Source: Cyanobacteriota bacterium erpe_2018_sw_21hr_WHONDRS-SW48-000092_B_bin.40 (GTDB taxonomy: Bacteria; Cyanobacteriota; Vampirovibrionia; Obscuribacterales; Obscuribacteraceae). From it: 64,000 bases of DNA. Below the pieces are notes generated by a model that was not told the DNA's origin, did no database searches, and worked only from the letters and a program-made list of their open reading frames with translations. The stretch is taken from the NCBI GenBank assembly GCA_030917395.1, contig JAUPUU010000106.1, forward strand, positions 2,806 through 66,805, read 5' to 3'. Shown piece by piece: positions 61,764 through 64,000 of this stretch; positions within the stretch are counted from its first letter, which is position 1; every line of letters begins with the position of its first letter. The position numbers and the translations under genes were made by a program.

Positions 61764-62746
61764 TTATCGTATCCTGCAACAATTTTCTCAACTTTATATT
61801 CCAGAATATCGCGAGCACCAAGAGCCACTAGCTTTGGAATCAGGTCCGGCACTTCTTTAGTCGGCACAGCGATTTTGATGGCATAGCCATCGCCATTGTA
61901 AAGCTCTGAAATTGTGGGAGCGCGCATACAAGGCAAATTACTGACCACCCGCTCAAAATCTTCGCGCGATACATTCATTTCAAGCATAACTTTTTGCTTA
62001 GCCAAAAGTGTGCTCTTCATCAACATCGTCATTTCTTCAAGCATGCGACGTTTGATGGGATCTTCAAAGGCTTTCTTATTGCATATGAAGCGCGTTGTGG
62101 AGCGCATTATTTCTTCAACGATTACCAAGCGATTATGCTTAAGAGTGGTGCCGGTAGAAGTATTATCGACAATGATATCGGCATCTTCAGGCGGGAGAGC
62201 TTCAGTAGCGCCGAAGGTCTGCAAGAAAATAGCATCTAATTTATTCTGCTCAATAAAACGCTTGGCCAAATTGCGGTATTCAGAAGCAACAATCAATTTT
62301 CTACCAAAGTTCTTAGTCCTGAAATCGCCGCCATCCAGCAATGCTTCAGGCATAGCAGCCACTATTCGCACTGGGTCGAACTGCAAATCTAGCAATTCAA
62401 CCACATCGGCGTCTTGCTCAACAGTCCAGTCGTAGCCAGAGAAGCCGCAATCATGGCGGCCTAGAGCAACGAGACTAGGAATATTTTGCGATTTCAAAAG
62501 CTTGGTAATAACATGAGGATCTGAACAGATAGGACTGTACGAGCGACCATCAGTAAGAAAATTCATGCCAATTTGACTCAAGAGAGCCATCACTTTTTCC
62601 TGAATGCGCCCCTTAGGAATAGTCAACCGCAGGTCAGTTTTGCCACTACCCTCGAGATTGACAGCGACCTCTGAACTCGTCGCTAATACTCTGGACTCTG
62701 TCTCACTCGCCTTAGCTCGGCTACTCTCATCAAGGGCTTTGGTCAT
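61760..62746 (-). CDS. hisG: ATP phosphoribosyltransferase, long form with a C-terminal regulatory domain
   Basis: LRLTIPKGRIQEKV, DCGFSGYDW and DNTSTGTTLKHN are present, with a HisG_C-like tail. There is a ~40-aa acidic/Ser-rich N-terminal extension. GAGGA lies 7 nt upstream of the ATG. Confidence 0.9.
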   Translation of the reverse strand: MTKALDESSRAKASETESRVLATSSEVAVNLEGSGKTDLRLTIPKGRIQEKVMALLSQIGMNFLTDGRSYSPICSDPHVITKLLKSQNIPSLVALGRHDCGFSGYDWTVEQDADVVELLDLQFDPVRIVAAMPEALLDGGDFRTKNFGRKLIVASEYRNLAKRFIEQNKLDAIFLQTFGATEALPPEDADIIVDNTSTGTTLKHNRLVIVEEIMRSTTRFICNKKAFEDPIKRRMLEEMTMLMKSTLLAKQKVMLEMNVSREDFERVVSNLPCMRAPTISELYNGDGYAIKIAVPTKEVPDLIPKLVALGARDILEYKVEKIVAGYDK

Positions 62747-62769
62747 ATTCTCATCCTCAAAAATTGCAT

Positions 62770-62797
62770 AAAAAAAGAGCCCGCAGGGAGCGAGCTC
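62770..62797 (-). terminator. his operon attenuator (intrinsic terminator)
   Basis: On the minus strand the RNA reads GAGCUCGC-UCCCU-GCGGGCUC followed by UUUUUUU. It lies between the leader peptide and hisG. Confidence 0.65.
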
Positions 62798-62830
62798 TAA
62801 ACAGTTTCGTGCGTAAACGCAAGGTGGCTG

Positions 62831-62884
62831 TTAGTCCGCTCCATCGAGAAACATATGATGATGGTGATGGTTGCGGCCAGTCAT
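62831..62884 (-). CDS. hisL: his operon leader peptide (17 aa, five consecutive His codons)
   Basis: Hand-read ATG ACT GGC CGC AAC CAT CAC CAT CAT CAT ATG TTT CTC GAT GGA GCG GAC TAA, giving MTGRNHHHHHMFLDGAD. It lies 85 nt upstream of hisG. Confidence 0.7.
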   Translation of the reverse strand: MTGRNHHHHHMFLDGAD

Positions 62885-62979
62885 TTCTTACAGAAACCTG
62901 CTAAACGATAACTGAGCTGAGGTTAACATCGCACTGGGCCGATGGCAAGTACTTACTACGAATGTTTAAGGCTGGACAG

Positions 62980-63008
62980 TTGACTCTCTCCATCATTTCG
63001 ATTATATT
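62980..63008 (+). promoter_or_regulatory. Sigma70-like promoter for arsR; predicts a leaderless mRNA
   Basis: TTGACT, a 17-nt spacer, then TATATT. The arsR ATG follows 6 nt after the -10 element. Confidence 0.45.
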
Positions 63009-63014
63009 GGAAAT

Positions 63015-63341
63015 ATGAAAACGAATACAGCCGTAAACGCTCTATCTGCCCTGGCCCAAGAAACCAGACTCGAAATCTTCCGACTCTTGGTGCGCAAAGG
63101 TCAACAAGGAATGGCAGCGGGCGAACTAAGCAGTCACTTTGCCATGCCCGCGGCAACTATGTCGTTTCACCTAAAAGAATTGAGCAGTGCCTCTCTAATT
63201 ATGCCAAGGCGCGAGAGTCGCTCAATCATATATTCTGCTAATTACGATCAAATGCAGCAGTTAATGAGCTTCTTGCTCGAAAACTGTTGCGCCGAAGAAA
63301 GAGAAAATAATAACAATAAGGATGGAGGAAAATGCCAATGA
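63015..63341 (+). CDS. arsR: ArsR/SmtB-family metalloregulator
   Basis: LSALAQETRLEIFRLLVRKG...ELSSHFAMPAATMSFHLKELSSASLI is a winged HTH. A Cys pair (ENCC) lies near the C-terminus. Confidence 0.85.
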   Translation: MKTNTAVNALSALAQETRLEIFRLLVRKGQQGMAAGELSSHFAMPAATMSFHLKELSSASLIMPRRESRSIIYSANYDQMQQLMSFLLENCCAEERENNNNKDGGKCQ

Positions 63342-63865
63342 AAAGATTTCACGTGCATGTAGCCGTGGCAAATCTAGAGCAGTCGATCCAATTCTATTCA
63401 ACGTTTTTTGATGCCGCTCCAACTGTGACAAAAGAAGACTATGCCAAATGGATGCTTGATGATCCACGCATCAATTTTGCTATTTCAACTCGCGGCAGAG
63501 AGCCCGGTCTCGACCATTTAGGCATACAAGTCGAAGATGCAGACTCACTAAAAGAAATATCAATGCGCTTAAAAAAAGCCCAGCAGCCAATTCTTGAACA
63601 AGAACAAACGACTTGCTGTTATGCCAAAGCAGACAAAACCTGGGTGCACGATCCACAAGGAATAGCCTGGGAAAGTTTTCACACCACAGACATTGCCACT
63701 ACCTATGGTGAAGACGCTGAACTTCCTGGACTTCCTGGAGCGCCTGTAGCGCAAGCCTCAGCTTGCTGTACCCCCGAATCAGGAAAAACTTCAGTGCCGT
63801 CAGTGATTTCAGAGAATCAACCAATCAGTATTAGTCTCACAAAAAAGGAATGCAAGAACTCATGA
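63332..63865 (+). CDS. arsI: ArsI/CadI-family glyoxalase-fold metalloenzyme (candidate C-As lyase)
   Basis: KRFHVHVAVANLEQSIQFYSTFF, NFAIS, LDHLGIQV and the vicinal Cys pair in TTCCYAKADKTW are present. It overlaps arsR by 10 nt. See the note on the 3' end in the rejected list. Confidence 0.75.
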   Translation: MPMKRFHVHVAVANLEQSIQFYSTFFDAAPTVTKEDYAKWMLDDPRINFAISTRGREPGLDHLGIQVEDADSLKEISMRLKKAQQPILEQEQTTCCYAKADKTWVHDPQGIAWESFHTTDIATTYGEDAELPGLPGAPVAQASACCTPESGKTSVPSVISENQPISISLTKKECKNS

Positions 63866-64000
63866 GTTGGGACGTAATGGTATTGAACTTTGGTGGCAAG
63901 CCACCCGAAGACCTAGAAGAACTACCAGAAGATCAGAATGCCGATCCATTAGGATCTGCTGAAGAAGTTCGCCATCTCATAACTCATGCACTTCCAGGCG
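63861..64000 (+). CDS. Start of an unknown ORF running off the window
   Basis: ATGA-type overlap with the arsI stop. The frame reads MSWDVMVLNFGGKPPEDLEELPEDQNADPLG... and is open to the window end. No family was recognised. Confidence 0.3.

Noticed and set aside
63841-63865. There is an apparent 1-nt discrepancy at the arsI 3' end. My hand count of the A-run at 63841-63845 gives aca aaa agg..., whereas the ORF track translates ...TKKECKNS with a stop at 63865.
   Set aside because: This is most likely my miscounting of a homopolymer at a line break. I kept the track coordinates. If the run really is one base shorter, arsI would read through to about 63960, so it is worth a quick recheck. It is not reported as a frameshift.
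1-64000. I searched by eye for rRNA, tRNA, tmRNA, CRISPR arrays, transposases, integrases, phage genes and a MoxR-type AAA+ gene near the SWIM/VWA region.
   Set aside because: None was found. Absence of small RNAs in particular cannot be guaranteed without tRNAscan or Infernal.

Overview
The window is a bacterial chromosomal segment of moderate GC (judged by eye, not computed). I found no rRNA, tRNA, CRISPR array, transposase or integrase.

Recognisable core genes:
- A partial two-component pair at the left edge.
- azoR with a divergent AraC regulator, a YceI protein and serS.
- A four-gene kynurenine-pathway operon on the minus strand (nbaC, nbaD, kynU, kmo).
- A complete his operon on the minus strand: hisG, a HAD hydrolase, hisB, hisH, hisF, a hisA-hisI-hisE fusion, hisD, hisC.
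- arsR-arsI and three TetR-linked modules.
- Many signalling genes: PAS kinases, GGDEF/EAL, DUF4388 and a Ser/Thr kinase.
- Many secreted TPR or low-complexity (Q/N/S/T-rich) orphan proteins.

Main hunt results:
1. The serS leader carries a near-consensus promoter, then an ATG-initiated frame with seven consecutive Ser codons, then a GC-rich hairpin with a U-tract. This looks like a cognate-amino-acid leader-peptide attenuator for an aminoacyl-tRNA synthetase. The frame is absent from the supplied ORF track.
2. hisG is preceded by a classical-looking 17-codon leader with five His codons plus an attenuator.
3. A SWIM zinc-finger protein is paired with an 868-aa helical protein of unknown function. 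This pair converges on, and overlaps, an operon encoding TPR, PDZ-VWA and TPR-DUF1266 proteins.
4. An operon encodes two small SAF-domain proteins and an N/Q/G-rich secreted protein.
5. Two intergenic arrays of strictly phased short repeats occur, with 13-nt and 15-nt periods.
6. Two histidine kinases appear to lack the phospho-accepting His in their H-box.
7. HisA, HisI and HisE are fused into one polypeptide.

All family assignments rest on motifs read from the translations and on memory of the families. No database search was run. Coordinates of small hand-read elements may be off by 1-2 nt.
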